Source: Pseudomonadota bacterium (GTDB lineage: Bacteria; Pseudomonadota; Alphaproteobacteria; Sphingomonadales; Sphingomonadaceae). Taken from it: a stretch of 64,000 bases of DNA. Location: the NCBI GenBank assembly GCA_021794525.1, contig JAJYQP010000076.1:4901-68900 (forward strand), given 5' to 3'. Positions 1-9,500 of the stretch are shown here, piece after piece (positions within the stretch are counted from its first letter, which is position 1; the number at the start of each line of letters is the position of its first letter). The notes under the pieces are model-generated. The model worked only from the letters and a program-made list of their open reading frames with translations. It was not told the DNA's origin and made no database searches. The translations under genes were made by a program, and so were the position numbers.

Positions 1-290
<290 letters not shown>

Positions 291-292
291 TC

Positions 293-2548
293 ATGGCGAC
301 GCGCAATGCGCCTTTCGTGCCACTGGGGGAGGCCGATCCGCCCGCCAATGCTGCACCGCAGCGCCCTTGGCAGCGCGCCGGGAGATTGTCCAGTTTCGCC
401 GACGCGTGCGAGGGGTTTTTGCAGCGCGCCGGTTACGAGCGCGGATCCTGGCTCGCGGTCGCTTTCGCGGCCGGGATCGGCGCCTGGTTCCTGGTGCCCG
501 ACAGGACGGGCTGGCTGGCCGCGATGGGGCTTGCCGGGGGCGCGGCCGGGATCGCGTGGCTCCACTGGCGGCGCGACGAAGCGCGTGCACTGGCTCGGGT
601 GGCCGTGCTCGCACTTAGCCTGGCTTTCGCGCTCGGGCTTGCAACGGTCTGGGCGCGCTCCGCCCTTGTCGGCGCTGCCCCTATCGCGCGGCCCTTCATC
701 GGGCAGGTCGAGGGGCGCATCCTCGCGCGCGAAGAGCAGCCCGCCGAGCAGCGTGTGCGCCTGACCCTCGCGATCCGCGAGCCGGAGACGGGGCGGGCGA
801 TCAGGGTACGCGTCAACCTGCCGCAGGATCGCGACCGCACCGGGCTGGCCGAGGGCGCGCTGGTCCGCCTTGGTGTCCGCCTATTGCCGCCCGCGCCGCC
901 GCTGGTACCCGGGGGCTACGACTTTGCGCGGAAGGCGTGGTTCGACGGGCTGGCGGCCACCGGGGCAACCTATGCGGACGTGGCGGTGATTGCCCCAGGA
1001 GAAAGCGGCGGGGCCATTGCGCGGCTCCAACGCGTGCTTTCCGCCCACGTCCGCGGCCAGCTCGGCGGTTCTCCCGGCGCCATTGCCGCGGCCTTTGCGA
1101 GCGGCGATCGCGGCGCCATCGCGGAAGAAGACGAGCAGGCGATGCGCGATGCCGGCCTCACCCATCTGCTGTCGATCAGCGGGCTGCATGTGAGCGCAGT
1201 GGTGGCGGGGGCCTATCTTCTCGCGATCCGCCTGCTGGCGCTGTGGCCGTGGCTGGTGTTGCGTGTCCGGCTGCCGGTGCTGGCGGCGGGCATCGGCGCA
1301 CTGGCCGGAGCGGGCTACACCCTGCTGACCGGCGCCGACGTGCCGACGGTGCGCAGTTGCCTCGGCGCGGGTCTCGTCTTGCTGGCGGTGGCGCTGGGCC
1401 GCGAGCCGCTCTCGCGCCGGATGCTGGCGGTGGTGGCGGGCATCGTGCTGGTGCTGTGGCCCGAATCGCTGGTTGGGCCGAGCTTCCAGATGAGCTTCGC
1501 AGCGGTGCTGGCGATTGTCGCCCTGGCAGGTTCTCGGCCGGTCCGCACCTTCCTCGCGCCGCGCGAGGAGAGCTGGTTCACCCGTATGGGACGGCGCGTG
1601 GTGATCCTGTTCGTGACCGGGGTGGTGATCGAGGCGGTGCTGACACCGGTGGTGCTGTTCCACTTCCATCGCTCCGGCCTCTACGGCGCCTTTGCCAATG
1701 TAATCGCGATCCCGCTGACGACCTTCGTCACCATGCCGCTGATCGCGCTGGCGCTGGCGCTGGACTCCGTGGGGCTCGGTGGGCCGGTCTGGTGGCTGGC
1801 GGGCCAGTCGCTCGAGCTGCTTTTGTGGATCGCCCACGTGGTGGCCGGGCAGCCAGGCGCGGTGCGCCTGATGCCGCAGATCGGGATGGGCGCGATGCTG
1901 TTCTATGTCGCAGGAATGCTGTGGCTCGCGCTGTGGAGCGGGCCGGTGCGGCTGCTGGGACTACTGCCCGCCGGGGCCGCAATTGCGCTGATGGCGGCGA
2001 CTCCGGCGCCCGACCTCCTGATCGCGCGCGACGGACGACAGATCGGCGTGGCCATGCCGGATGAGCGCCTGCTCGTTCTGCGCGAGGGCGAGGGCTACGC
2101 GCTCGATTCGCTCCGCGAAGCGGCAGCATTGCGCGGCGAGGCCGTGGCCATGGAGCGATCACCGCAAGCCCGGTGCAGCCCGGACTTTTGCGCGCTTACC
2201 ATCGAGCGCGCGGGGCGGCTCTGGGAGCTGCTGGTGGCGCGAAGCAAGCACTATGTCGATGCGGCCCAGTTGATCCGCGCCTGCGCCGCAGCCGACATCG
2301 TCGTCGCTGCGCGCAGCCTACCGAGAAGCTGTGCGCCCCGCTGGTTCAAGGCCGACCGTCGTTTCCTTGCCGAGCATGGCGGTCTTGCCGCCTACCTCGG
2401 CGAGTCGCCGCGTCTCGACACCGTGGCCGTCCATCAGGGAAACCACGGCTGGTGGCGGGCCGCGACCGATCGCCCGGGCTTGCGTTTGAAGGGGCCCACA
2501 CCGCGTCCGTCGAGCGCCGCAACCACCGCGCCCCCTGCCCCAATCTAG
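293..2548 (+). CDS. comEC: ComEC/Rec2 family DNA internalization channel protein
   Basis: 751-aa ORF, polytopic and hydrophobic. It has the ComEC-type segment AMRDAGLTHLLSISGLHVS. Its position next to lexA/gltX matches the usual alphaproteobacterial neighbourhood. Confidence 0.85.
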   Translation: MATRNAPFVPLGEADPPANAAPQRPWQRAGRLSSFADACEGFLQRAGYERGSWLAVAFAAGIGAWFLVPDRTGWLAAMGLAGGAAGIAWLHWRRDEARALARVAVLALSLAFALGLATVWARSALVGAAPIARPFIGQVEGRILAREEQPAEQRVRLTLAIREPETGRAIRVRVNLPQDRDRTGLAEGALVRLGVRLLPPAPPLVPGGYDFARKAWFDGLAATGATYADVAVIAPGESGGAIARLQRVLSAHVRGQLGGSPGAIAAAFASGDRGAIAEEDEQAMRDAGLTHLLSISGLHVSAVVAGAYLLAIRLLALWPWLVLRVRLPVLAAGIGALAGAGYTLLTGADVPTVRSCLGAGLVLLAVALGREPLSRRMLAVVAGIVLVLWPESLVGPSFQMSFAAVLAIVALAGSRPVRTFLAPREESWFTRMGRRVVILFVTGVVIEAVLTPVVLFHFHRSGLYGAFANVIAIPLTTFVTMPLIALALALDSVGLGGPVWWLAGQSLELLLWIAHVVAGQPGAVRLMPQIGMGAMLFYVAGMLWLALWSGPVRLLGLLPAGAAIALMAATPAPDLLIARDGRQIGVAMPDERLLVLREGEGYALDSLREAAALRGEAVAMERSPQARCSPDFCALTIERAGRLWELLVARSKHYVDAAQLIRACAAADIVVAARSLPRSCAPRWFKADRRFLAEHGGLAAYLGESPRLDTVAVHQGNHGWWRAATDRPGLRLKGPTPRPSSAATTAPPAPI

Positions 2549-2551
2549 GCG

Positions 2552-2578
2552 CGTCGGCCCGCACCCTGCGGACCGACG
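2552..2578. terminator. GC-rich hairpin between convergent comEC and lexA (possible bidirectional terminator, no U-tract)
   Basis: CGTCGG-C-CCGCA-ccc-TGCGG-A-CCGACG, 11 bp with one mismatch, lying in the 36-bp gap between the two stop codons. Confidence 0.35.
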
Positions 2579-2584
2579 TACCTC

Positions 2585-3274
2585 TCAGTGATAGCGGCGC
2601 AGCAGCCCCGCGAGCTTGCCCTGCACCGCCACGCGGTTCGGCGCGTAGATTTGCGGGTCGTAGGCCCCATTGGCCGGATCGAGGCGGATCATTCCGTTTT
2701 CGCGACGCAGATACTTGAGCGTCGCTTCCTCGTTATCGACCAGCGCCACCACGATCTCGCCATCACGCGCGCTGTCGGTGCGGCGCACCAGCGCATAATC
2801 CCCGTCGAAGATGCCGGCCTCGACCATCGAATCGCCGGACACCTCGAGCGCGTAGTGATCGCCGGGCCCGAGCAGGGCGGCAGGGACGGGGAGGGTGCTC
2901 TGGCCTTCCAGCGCCTCTATCGGAGCACCGGCGGCGATGCGCCCGTGGAGCGGCAGCTCGATCACGTCGTTCGCCGGCTGCGGCGCTACCTTGGGCATGG
3001 CCCGCCCGATCGGCGCGGAATCATTGGCGGGCCGCGCGGTGCGCGACCCGGCAACTGCGTCCTCAGGCCCCTTGAGCACCTCCAGCGCGCGCGCCCGGTT
3101 GGGCAGGCGGCGCAGGAAGCCGCGTTCCTCCAGCGCGGAAATCAGCCGGTGCACGCCCGACTTGCTCCTGAGGTCGAGCGCTTCCTTCATTTCCTCGAAC
3201 GAGGGGGAAATCCCGGTCTCCTCCAGCCGCTGCTGGATGAAGCGGATGAGTTCGTGCTGCTTTGCGGTCAGCAT
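2585..3274 (-). CDS. lexA: LexA SOS repressor
   Basis: [57 protein letters not shown] is a winged-helix N-domain. The C-terminal S24 peptidase domain contains VSGDSM and GKL. Confidence 0.97.
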   Translation of the reverse strand: MLTAKQHELIRFIQQRLEETGISPSFEEMKEALDLRSKSGVHRLISALEERGFLRRLPNRARALEVLKGPEDAVAGSRTARPANDSAPIGRAMPKVAPQPANDVIELPLHGRIAAGAPIEALEGQSTLPVPAALLGPGDHYALEVSGDSMVEAGIFDGDYALVRRTDSARDGEIVVALVDNEEATLKYLRRENGMIRLDPANGAYDPQIYAPNRVAVQGKLAGLLRRYH

Positions 3275-3319
3275 GCGTGGCTCCTGTCGCCGGGCCCGCG
3301 CCGATCCGGGCGGGATGGT

Positions 3320-3334
3320 GAACGAACGAGGAAC
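3320..3334 (-). promoter_or_regulatory. alphaproteobacterial SOS box (GTTC-N7-GTTC; reads GAAC-N7-GAAC on the plus strand)
   Basis: GAACGAACGAGGAAC lies 46-60 bp upstream of the lexA ATG and matches the direct-repeat LexA operator of Alphaproteobacteria. Confidence 0.75.
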
Positions 3335-3358
3335 AATTAGGAAACCTTTTTCACCTCG

Positions 3359-4543
3359 TCAAGCGATTCCGCCATTTCCGAGCCAGAAGCAGCGCACGAT
3401 ATCCCCAGCCTTTCCGGGCGCCGCGGCGGGAACACGGTCGATCAGCAGCTCCGCCTCGGCGAGCGTCCTTTGCGCGCTGCTGTCGCGTTCGGGCAGCGGC
3501 ACCGCGGTGCCATCGACCAGGCGCGCGCGGCGGAACTCCCGCCGGTCGCCGCCCGCTTCGACCGGCGCCCCGAGCGGAAGCGGAATGGCGACCGGCCCCG
3601 GACGCGCCGCCCCCTGCATCGCCCGCAGCAACGGGAGCAGGAACAGGAACGCGGTGGTGAAGGCCGACACCGGGTTGCCCGGAAGGCCGAGCACGAGCTG
3701 GTCCCCCCGCCGGGCCACCAGCAGCGGCTTGCCGGGCCGGATCGCGACCCGCCAGAAGGCGAGGTCCGCGCCCCAGTCCTCGAGCGCGCCGCGGACATGA
3801 TCGTGCGCGCCCACCGAGGCACCCGCGGTGGTGACGATCACGTCGACGCTGCCCGCGTCGGCGAAGGCGTGGGCGAGTGCCCCACGGTCGTCGCGCAGCG
3901 GTCCGATCCGCTCAACCCTCCCGCCGCCTTCGTGCGACAGCGCCGCCACCATCGCGCCATTCGAAGCGGGCAGGCGGTCGGCGGGGCACTCGGCGGGATC
4001 GGTGACCAGTTCGTCGCCGGCCTCGATAACTGCGACCCGCGGCCGCCGCGCGACCTCCAGCGTGCCATGCCCCGCCGCACGGGCGAGCGCGAGCTGCGCC
4101 GGGCCGATGCGCGTCCCCTTGTTGAGAAGTGCATCGCCTTCCGCAAAGTCGAAGCCCCGCCGACGGATATGGTCGGGGTTGGGGGCGGCGGCAGTGGAGA
4201 GCACATCCTCCTGCACCTCGCCATCCTCGACCAGCACGATGCCGACGGTGCCGCTCGGGCAGGCGGCGCCGGTGGAGATGCGCACCGCCTCGCCTGTAGC
4301 CAGCGATTCCGCAAAGTCCCCCCCGGCGCGCGCCTCGCCGGTGATCCGCCACGGGCCGGGCCCGGCGACCGCAAAGCCATCCATCGCGCTGAGGTCGCGC
4401 GCGGGCTGGGTGCGGCGCGCATGGAGGTCGGCGGCGAGATAGCGACCGACCGCCGCGTCCACCGCCACGCTCTCCGATGGCAGCGGACGGGCGAGGGCGG
4501 AGAGCCGCTCCCACGCCTCTTCCAGCGTCAGCGGCGGAGTCAT
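3359..4543 (-). CDS. moeA: molybdopterin molybdotransferase MoeA
   Basis: 394-aa ORF with LSAMDGFAV and GNPVSAF-type MoeA motifs. Its start overlaps the moaC stop (ATGA). Confidence 0.9.
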   Translation of the reverse strand: MTPPLTLEEAWERLSALARPLPSESVAVDAAVGRYLAADLHARRTQPARDLSAMDGFAVAGPGPWRITGEARAGGDFAESLATGEAVRISTGAACPSGTVGIVLVEDGEVQEDVLSTAAAPNPDHIRRRGFDFAEGDALLNKGTRIGPAQLALARAAGHGTLEVARRPRVAVIEAGDELVTDPAECPADRLPASNGAMVAALSHEGGGRVERIGPLRDDRGALAHAFADAGSVDVIVTTAGASVGAHDHVRGALEDWGADLAFWRVAIRPGKPLLVARRGDQLVLGLPGNPVSAFTTAFLFLLPLLRAMQGAARPGPVAIPLPLGAPVEAGGDRREFRRARLVDGTAVPLPERDSSAQRTLAEAELLIDRVPAAAPGKAGDIVRCFWLGNGGIA

Positions 4544-5013
4544 GCGGGCGCGCGCCAGTCGCCCGACTTGCCGCCACTTTTGGCGAGGAGGCGCACGCCT
4601 TCGATCGCCATCGCCTTGTCGAGCGCCTTGCCCATGTCATACAGGGTGAGGAGTGCGACGGAAGCAGCTGTCATCGCTTCCATTTCCACGCCCGTCCGCC
4701 CGGTCAGCGAAACGGTCGCCGTGACCCGGATCGCGTCGGCCTCTACCGCGAAGTCCACGCTCACCGCGTCAAGCGCGAGCGGGTGGCAGAGCGGGATCAG
4801 CTCGCCGGTGCGCTTGGCCGCCATGATGCCCGCGACGCGCGCGGCGGCGAGCGCGTCACCCTTCGGCCCGCTGCCATCGACAAGGGCAGCGAGGGCTTCA
4901 GCGCTCATGCGGATGCGCCCGGTCGCGGTGGCCGAGCGGGCGGTGGCGGGCTTGCCGCCGACATCGACCATGCGCGCCGCGCCCGTTTCGTCGAGGTGAG
5001 TGAGGCCGTTCAT
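4540..5013 (-). CDS. moaC: cyclic pyranopterin monophosphate synthase MoaC
   Basis: [21 protein letters not shown]...LIPLCHPL is typical MoaC. I chose the ATG at 5013 rather than the TTG at 5037 of the ORF track because family N-termini begin just before LTHLD. Confidence 0.9.
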   Translation of the reverse strand: MNGLTHLDETGAARMVDVGGKPATARSATATGRIRMSAEALAALVDGSGPKGDALAAARVAGIMAAKRTGELIPLCHPLALDAVSVDFAVEADAIRVTATVSLTGRTGVEMEAMTAASVALLTLYDMGKALDKAMAIEGVRLLAKSGGKSGDWRAPA

Positions 5014-5042
5014 CCCGTTACACCTTTGGCTGAACAATCGCA

Positions 5043-5125
5043 GTGACAGGGGTGACAGGTGTCACCCAAGTGTCACCCGAAAGTTTGGAAATGAAATCAA
5101 GGATATCTGTCAATTTAGGTGACAC
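5043..5125. repeat. cluster of GTGACA/TGTCAC heptamer-like repeats in the AT-rich trpC-moaC spacer
   Basis: GTGACAGG occurs at 5043-5050 and 5052-5059. GTGTCAC occurs at 5059-5065 and 5070-5076 (11-bp period). GTGACA occurs at 5119-5124. TGTCAA at 5108-5113 reads TTGACA on the minus strand. Confidence 0.7.
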
Positions 5126-5210
5126 TTCGCGTTCCCGATGCAGATTCATTCGAATGGGGCAATTCGCCGACTCGCACGACCTTGCCAAACCTGGAACATG
5201 TAGGAAACAT

Positions 5211-6011
5211 CTATTTGACGGCCCGCTCCGCTGCCACCAACGCCCGTGTCGCCGCCGCGACATCGGCCTGCCGCATCAGGCTTTCGCCGACGAGGAAGCT
5301 GTGCACCCCGGCGCGGGCCAGGCGCTGGCAGTCCGCGTGCGAGCCGATTCCGCTTTCGCCGACCAGCAGCGTGCCCTCGGGCGCCAGCGGGGCGAGTCGT
5401 TCGGTCATCGCAAGATCGACTGCGAAGGTCTTGAGATTGCGGTTGTTGACCCCGATCAGCCGCGATTTCAGCCGCGCCGCCCGGGCCATTTCGTCCGCGT
5501 CATGTACCTCGACCAGCACATCCATGCCATGCTCCATCGCCGCTGCCTCGATCTCCGCCATCGCGCCATCCTCCAGCGCGGCGACGATGATCAGGATCGC
5601 GTCGGTCCCGATCGCACGCGCCTCGGCCACCTGCCAGGGATCGATCATGAAATCCTTGCGCAGCACGGGCAGGTCGCAGGCGGCGCGGGCTTCCACCAGA
5701 TAGTCCTCGTGACCCTGGAAATAGGGCGCGTCGGTCAGCACCGAGAGGCAGGCCGCGCCGCCTTCGGCATAGGCGCGGGCGTGTTCGGCGGGCTGGAAAT
5801 CGGCACGGATCAAGCCCTTCGACGGGCTCGCCTTCTTGATCTCCGCGATGAGCCCGAAGCCCGACTGCTGCGCGCGTTCCAGCGCGGCGCGAAACCCGCG
5901 CGGCGCGGTCTGTTCGCGGGCGCGGGCGTCGAGATCGGCGAGCGAGAGCACCGCCTTGCGTGCCGTCACCTCGTTGCGCTTGGTGGCGCAGATTTCCTCG
6001 AGCTTGTTCAA
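5211..6011 (-). CDS. trpC: indole-3-glycerol phosphate synthase
   Basis: [15 protein letters not shown]...[17 protein letters not shown] is typical TrpC. The ORF track starts at GTG 6050, but those 13 codons ([13 protein letters not shown]) lie inside an intergenic repeat. TTG at 6011 fits family N-termini, though the start remains uncertain. Confidence 0.88.
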   Translation of the reverse strand: MNKLEEICATKRNEVTARKAVLSLADLDARAREQTAPRGFRAALERAQQSGFGLIAEIKKASPSKGLIRADFQPAEHARAYAEGGAACLSVLTDAPYFQGHEDYLVEARAACDLPVLRKDFMIDPWQVAEARAIGTDAILIIVAALEDGAMAEIEAAAMEHGMDVLVEVHDADEMARAARLKSRLIGVNNRNLKTFAVDLAMTERLAPLAPEGTLLVGESGIGSHADCQRLARAGVHSFLVGESLMRQADVAAATRALVAAERAVK

Positions 6012-6021
6012 ACCTCGGTTC

Positions 6022-6088
6022 CCCGTTCGTGTCGAGCGCAGTCGAGACACGGTCCCAGCGCCTCTCGACTACGCTCGAGGCGAACGGA
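6022..6088. repeat. palindromic intergenic repeat, family 1, copy A (trpD|trpC spacer)
   Basis: CCGTTCGTGTCGAGCGCAGTCGAGACAC-12 nt-TCTCGACTACGCTCGAGGCGAACGG, with inverted termini CCGTTCG/CGAACGG. Confidence 0.85.
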
Positions 6089-6101
6089 CCTGTCAATGAC
6101 G

Positions 6102-7094
6102 CTATCTCGCCATCGCGATCCAGTCGGCGAGGAGCTGCTTCGCGCGCCCGCTGTCGATGGCTTCGGCCGCCATCGCGGCACCTTCGGCCCAGTCGTCGGT
6201 CCGCCCGCTGACGACCAGCGCGGCAGCCGAGTTGAATTTCACCGTCTCGCGGTAGGCGCTGGCCTCGCCGTCGAGCAGGGTGGCGAGCGCGCGCGCGTTA
6301 TGCGCCGGATCGCCACCCCGGATTGCCTCCAGCGGTGCGTGGTCCAGCCCCGCCATCCCCGCATCGACGCGGCGCATTTCGAATTCGTGGCCGGTCACGT
6401 CCGCCAACTCGTTGCCGCCTGCCAGGCTCAGCTCGTCCAGCCCCTCGTCGCCCGAGACGATGAAGGTGCGATCCGTGCCCAGCCGCGCTGCCGCCTCGCC
6501 ATAGATGGGGACGTAGCCGGGCCGCGCGATGCCGATCAGCTGGCGCTTGACCCCGACCGGGTTCGACAGCGGGCCCATCAGATTGAAGATTGTGCGCCGG
6601 CCGAGCGCCTTGCGGATCGGCTGGATGCGGACCATCGCCGGGTGGTGGTTGGGCGCGAACAGGAAGCAGATGCCGAGCTCCGCCAGTGTCTTTTCCGCGG
6701 TGCGCCCGGCCGCCGTCATGTCGAGCCCCAGCACTTCCAGCGTATCGGCGACGCCCGATAGCGAGGAGATCGCGCGGTTGCCGTGGCGCGCGACGGGAAC
6801 GCCGCAGGCCGCGACGACGAGGCCGGTCGCGGTCGAGACATTGAGCGTGTGGTGCCCGTCGCCGCCGGTGCCGCAGACGTCGATGGCGTCGTCCGGTCCC
6901 GCGACCGGGATATACCGTGCCCGCAAGGCCCGCGCTGCCCCGGCGATCTCGTCGGCGGTCTCGCTGCGGTCGGTCATGGCGAGGAGGAAGCGGGCGATTT
7001 CCTCGTCACTGGCATCGCCGTCGAGGATCCAGCCGAAGACCTCCTCGGCCTCGGCCTCGCTCATGTGCGGGACGGCGAGGGGGAGGTGCTTCAC
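6102..7094 (-). CDS. trpD: anthranilate phosphoribosyltransferase
   Basis: Contains [20 protein letters not shown] and HGNRAISS motifs. GTG at 7094 overlaps the trpG stop (GTGA). The upstream extension of the track ORF is not family-like. Confidence 0.92.
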   Translation of the reverse strand: MKHLPLAVPHMSEAEAEEVFGWILDGDASDEEIARFLLAMTDRSETADEIAGAARALRARYIPVAGPDDAIDVCGTGGDGHHTLNVSTATGLVVAACGVPVARHGNRAISSLSGVADTLEVLGLDMTAAGRTAEKTLAELGICFLFAPNHHPAMVRIQPIRKALGRRTIFNLMGPLSNPVGVKRQLIGIARPGYVPIYGEAAARLGTDRTFIVSGDEGLDELSLAGGNELADVTGHEFEMRRVDAGMAGLDHAPLEAIRGGDPAHNARALATLLDGEASAYRETVKFNSAAALVVSGRTDDWAEGAAMAAEAIDSGRAKQLLADWIAMAR

Positions 7095-7693
7095 GCTGCG
7101 TTCCGCGCAGCATCGATCCCGCACAGCCGCAGGAAATTGGCGAGCAGGTCGTGTCCGTGCTCGGTGGCGATGCTTTCCGGGTGGAACTGGACGCCGTGGA
7201 TCGGCAGACTCTGGTGGCGGAAGCCCATCACCGCGGTCCCGTCGAGGCCCGGCGTCTCGCTGGTGGCATTGACCTTGAGGGCGGCGGGAATGTCCTCGAC
7301 CACCAGCGAGTGGTAGCGGGTGGCGGTGAAGGGGGAGGGCAGGCCCGCGAAGACGCCGGTGCCGTCATGGTCCACCGGGCTGGTCTTGCCATGCATCAGC
7401 CCGCCGCGCGTGACGGTGCCGCCGAAATGCTGGCCGATGCTCTGGTGACCGAGGCAGACGCCGAGCAGCGGCTTTTCCGCGTCCGCACAGGCGGCGACGA
7501 GGTCGAGGCTGATCCCCGCCTCGTTCGGCGTGCAGGGGCCGGGGCTGATGAGAAAGCCCGCCGCATTGGTCCTGAGCGCATCCGCCGCGGTGAGCGCGTC
7601 GTTCCGCTCCACCCGCACCTGCGCGCCCAGTTCCATCAGGTAATGGACCAGGTTGAAGGTGAAGCTGTCGTAATTATCGATGACGAGGATCAT
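7091..7693 (-). CDS. trpG: anthranilate synthase component II (glutamine amidotransferase, TrpG/PabA type)
   Basis: [19 protein letters not shown]...GVCLGHQ...VQFHPES shows a class I GATase triad. Confidence 0.93.
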   Translation of the reverse strand: MILVIDNYDSFTFNLVHYLMELGAQVRVERNDALTAADALRTNAAGFLISPGPCTPNEAGISLDLVAACADAEKPLLGVCLGHQSIGQHFGGTVTRGGLMHGKTSPVDHDGTGVFAGLPSPFTATRYHSLVVEDIPAALKVNATSETPGLDGTAVMGFRHQSLPIHGVQFHPESIATEHGHDLLANFLRLCGIDAARNAA

Positions 7694-8653
7694 CTAGCTG
7701 TCCGCAAACCTGTCCGTGGCGCGCACCAGCCCGTCGGTGATGCCGGGTTCGATGAACAGGTGCCCGCCGTCGGGGACGATCTGCAAGGTCGCCTCGGGCC
7801 ACGCCTTTTTGAGCTGCCAGGCGGCGTGCGGAGGGGTGCAGCAGTCGTGGCGGCCCTGGACGATTATGCCAGGTATGCCGCGCAGCTTTTCCGCAGCGCC
7901 AGCCAGCAACTGCCCTTCTTCCAGCCAGCAGTGGTGGCGGAAATAGTGGTTCTCGATCCGCGCGGTGGCGACGGCGTTGTCGCCATCGGCCATCTCATCG
8001 ACGACCTCCTCCTGCGGCAGGAGCGTGCAGGTGACGCCTTCCCAGCGGTTCCAGCGCGCGGCGGCGGCGCGGCGCACGGCGGGGTCCGGATCGTCGAGCA
8101 GCGTCCAGTAGGGCTCGGTCATGTCCTCGCCCTCCCTGCCGTCGACATGGGCGACGAATTCGTCCCACTCCTCGGGGTAGAGCTCGCTGGCGCCGAACTT
8201 CGTCAGCCATTCGAGCTCCTTCCTGTGCGACAGGAAGATGCCGCGCAGGATCAGCTCGGTGCAGCGTTCGGGATGGGTGATCGCGTAGCTCAATGCGAGG
8301 GTCGAGCCCCAGCTGCCGCCGAAGACCTGCCAGCGGTCCCAGCCGCACATCGCCCGCAGCCGCTCCATGTCGGCGACGAGGTGCCAGGTGGTGTTCGCCT
8401 CGAGGCTGGCGAACGGGGTCGATCGCCCGCAGCCGCGCTGGTCGAACAGCAAGACGTCGTATTTCTCCGGGCTCCACTGGCGGCGGTGGCCCGCGCTGCA
8501 ACCACCGCCGGGCCCGCCGTGAAGCATCACCGCGGGTTTCGCGCCGGGTGTGCCGACCCGCTCCCAGTAAATCGTATGCCCGTCGCCGACGTCGAGCATC
8601 CCGCTCTGATAGGGTTCGATCTCGGGATAGAGGGTGCGGCGCTGCTCAGTCAT
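7694..8653 (-). CDS. pip: prolyl aminopeptidase (proline iminopeptidase)
   Basis: MTEQRRTLYPEIEPYQSGMLDVGDGHTIYWERVG..HGGPGGG..GGSWGSTLAL. The ATG at 8653 overlaps the upstream gene stop by 8 nt. Its stop abuts the trpG ATG with no spacer. Confidence 0.9.
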   Translation of the reverse strand: MTEQRRTLYPEIEPYQSGMLDVGDGHTIYWERVGTPGAKPAVMLHGGPGGGCSAGHRRQWSPEKYDVLLFDQRGCGRSTPFASLEANTTWHLVADMERLRAMCGWDRWQVFGGSWGSTLALSYAITHPERCTELILRGIFLSHRKELEWLTKFGASELYPEEWDEFVAHVDGREGEDMTEPYWTLLDDPDPAVRRAAAARWNRWEGVTCTLLPQEEVVDEMADGDNAVATARIENHYFRHHCWLEEGQLLAGAAEKLRGIPGIIVQGRHDCCTPPHAAWQLKKAWPEATLQIVPDGGHLFIEPGITDGLVRATDRFADS

Positions 8654-9488
8654 CGTCGGGGACCTTGCGTTCGACCACCAGGATGGGCCCGATCGCGGCA
8701 CCCGCGTCGAGCCGCTCGGTAGCGGGGTTCCACAACTGCGAGACGCTGCCGTCGAGATAGAGTGCGTTCTTCGCCTTGAGCTCGTCCCGGTAGAAGCGGG
8801 CGAGCTTGCCGAAGGAGATCGGCGCGCTGGAGATCACGAAGTGCGCGCGGCCCTGCGCGTCGATGCCGACGGCGTTGCGGATCGTGCGGGAGGGGCCGTC
8901 GGGCGTGATTTCGGGGTGAAGCTTCCCGTTCACCACCAGCATCGGGCCGGACTGTGTGCCGAATTCCGGCCGTTCGGAGACGTTCGCCTTGAAATCCTCG
9001 GCAGTCCGGATCGCCCAGCTGTCACCTGTGCCGTAGAACACACCATTGGGCTTCATGTAAAAATTGCCCTCGCCGTCGGCGGTGTCGAGTTCTTTCTTCC
9101 GTTCGCCCTTCTCGACGAAATAGCCGATCGGCTCGCCCGCCTCGTCGAACATGCCGGCGTTGACCGCGAAGGCGATGGTCTTCGGGTCGCGGCTCTTGGC
9201 AAAGGCGGCAAGGCTGCGGAAATTGCCCTCCGCGCCCGCCAGCGCGGTCGCGATGCGGTGACGTTCGGGGTTGGCGATGCAGTCGGTGAGCGGGGTGTTC
9301 TCGAAGATCACGGAGCGGCAGGCGCTTTCGACCTGGCTGGCGATGCTGGGGCTCGGCGCGGGCGTGGTGGTTTCGGTCGGCGTGCCGCTAACCTGCACCC
9401 GCGCCACCGGTTCGCCGCCCTTGGGCGGTTCGCAGGCGGCGGTCGCGAGGGCGAGTCCGGCAAGGGAAAGATGCGCGATCCTGGTCAT
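8646..9488 (-). CDS. phosphodiester glycosidase family (DUF2233) lipoprotein
   Basis: Has a lipoprotein-like signal LSLAGLALATAAC and NAGMF...GNFYMKPNGVF...SGPMLV motifs that I associate with DUF2233. Confidence 0.7.
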   Translation of the reverse strand: MTRIAHLSLAGLALATAACEPPKGGEPVARVQVSGTPTETTTPAPSPSIASQVESACRSVIFENTPLTDCIANPERHRIATALAGAEGNFRSLAAFAKSRDPKTIAFAVNAGMFDEAGEPIGYFVEKGERKKELDTADGEGNFYMKPNGVFYGTGDSWAIRTAEDFKANVSERPEFGTQSGPMLVVNGKLHPEITPDGPSRTIRNAVGIDAQGRAHFVISSAPISFGKLARFYRDELKAKNALYLDGSVSQLWNPATERLDAGAAIGPILVVERKVPDDD

Positions 9489-9500
9489 GGGACCAGCGCC

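Noticed and set aside
5085-5100. FNR/FixK-like box TTGGAAATGAAATCAA in the moaC upstream region.
   Set aside because: The half-sites are separated by 6-8 nt rather than the 4 nt (TTGAT-N4-ATCAA) or 6 nt (TTGA-N6-TCAA) of the consensus, and the left half is TTGGA. It is probably just AT-rich promoter DNA.
5014-5210. Moco riboswitch upstream of moaC.
   Set aside because: I could not find the conserved Moco-motif elements as I recall them (the CCUCCGAG-type and AAAGG/GGAGC segments), nor a matching multi-stem architecture on the minus strand. The region is dominated by the GTGACA repeats instead. An Infernal scan would be decisive.
5018-5263. 81-aa minus-strand ORF, and the start of the 572-aa plus-strand ORF, in the trpC-moaC spacer.
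   Set aside because: Their only notable feature (VTPVTPVT and GVTGVT) is a translation of the GTGACA repeats. They have no SD, poor codon bias, and overlap the trpC 3' end.
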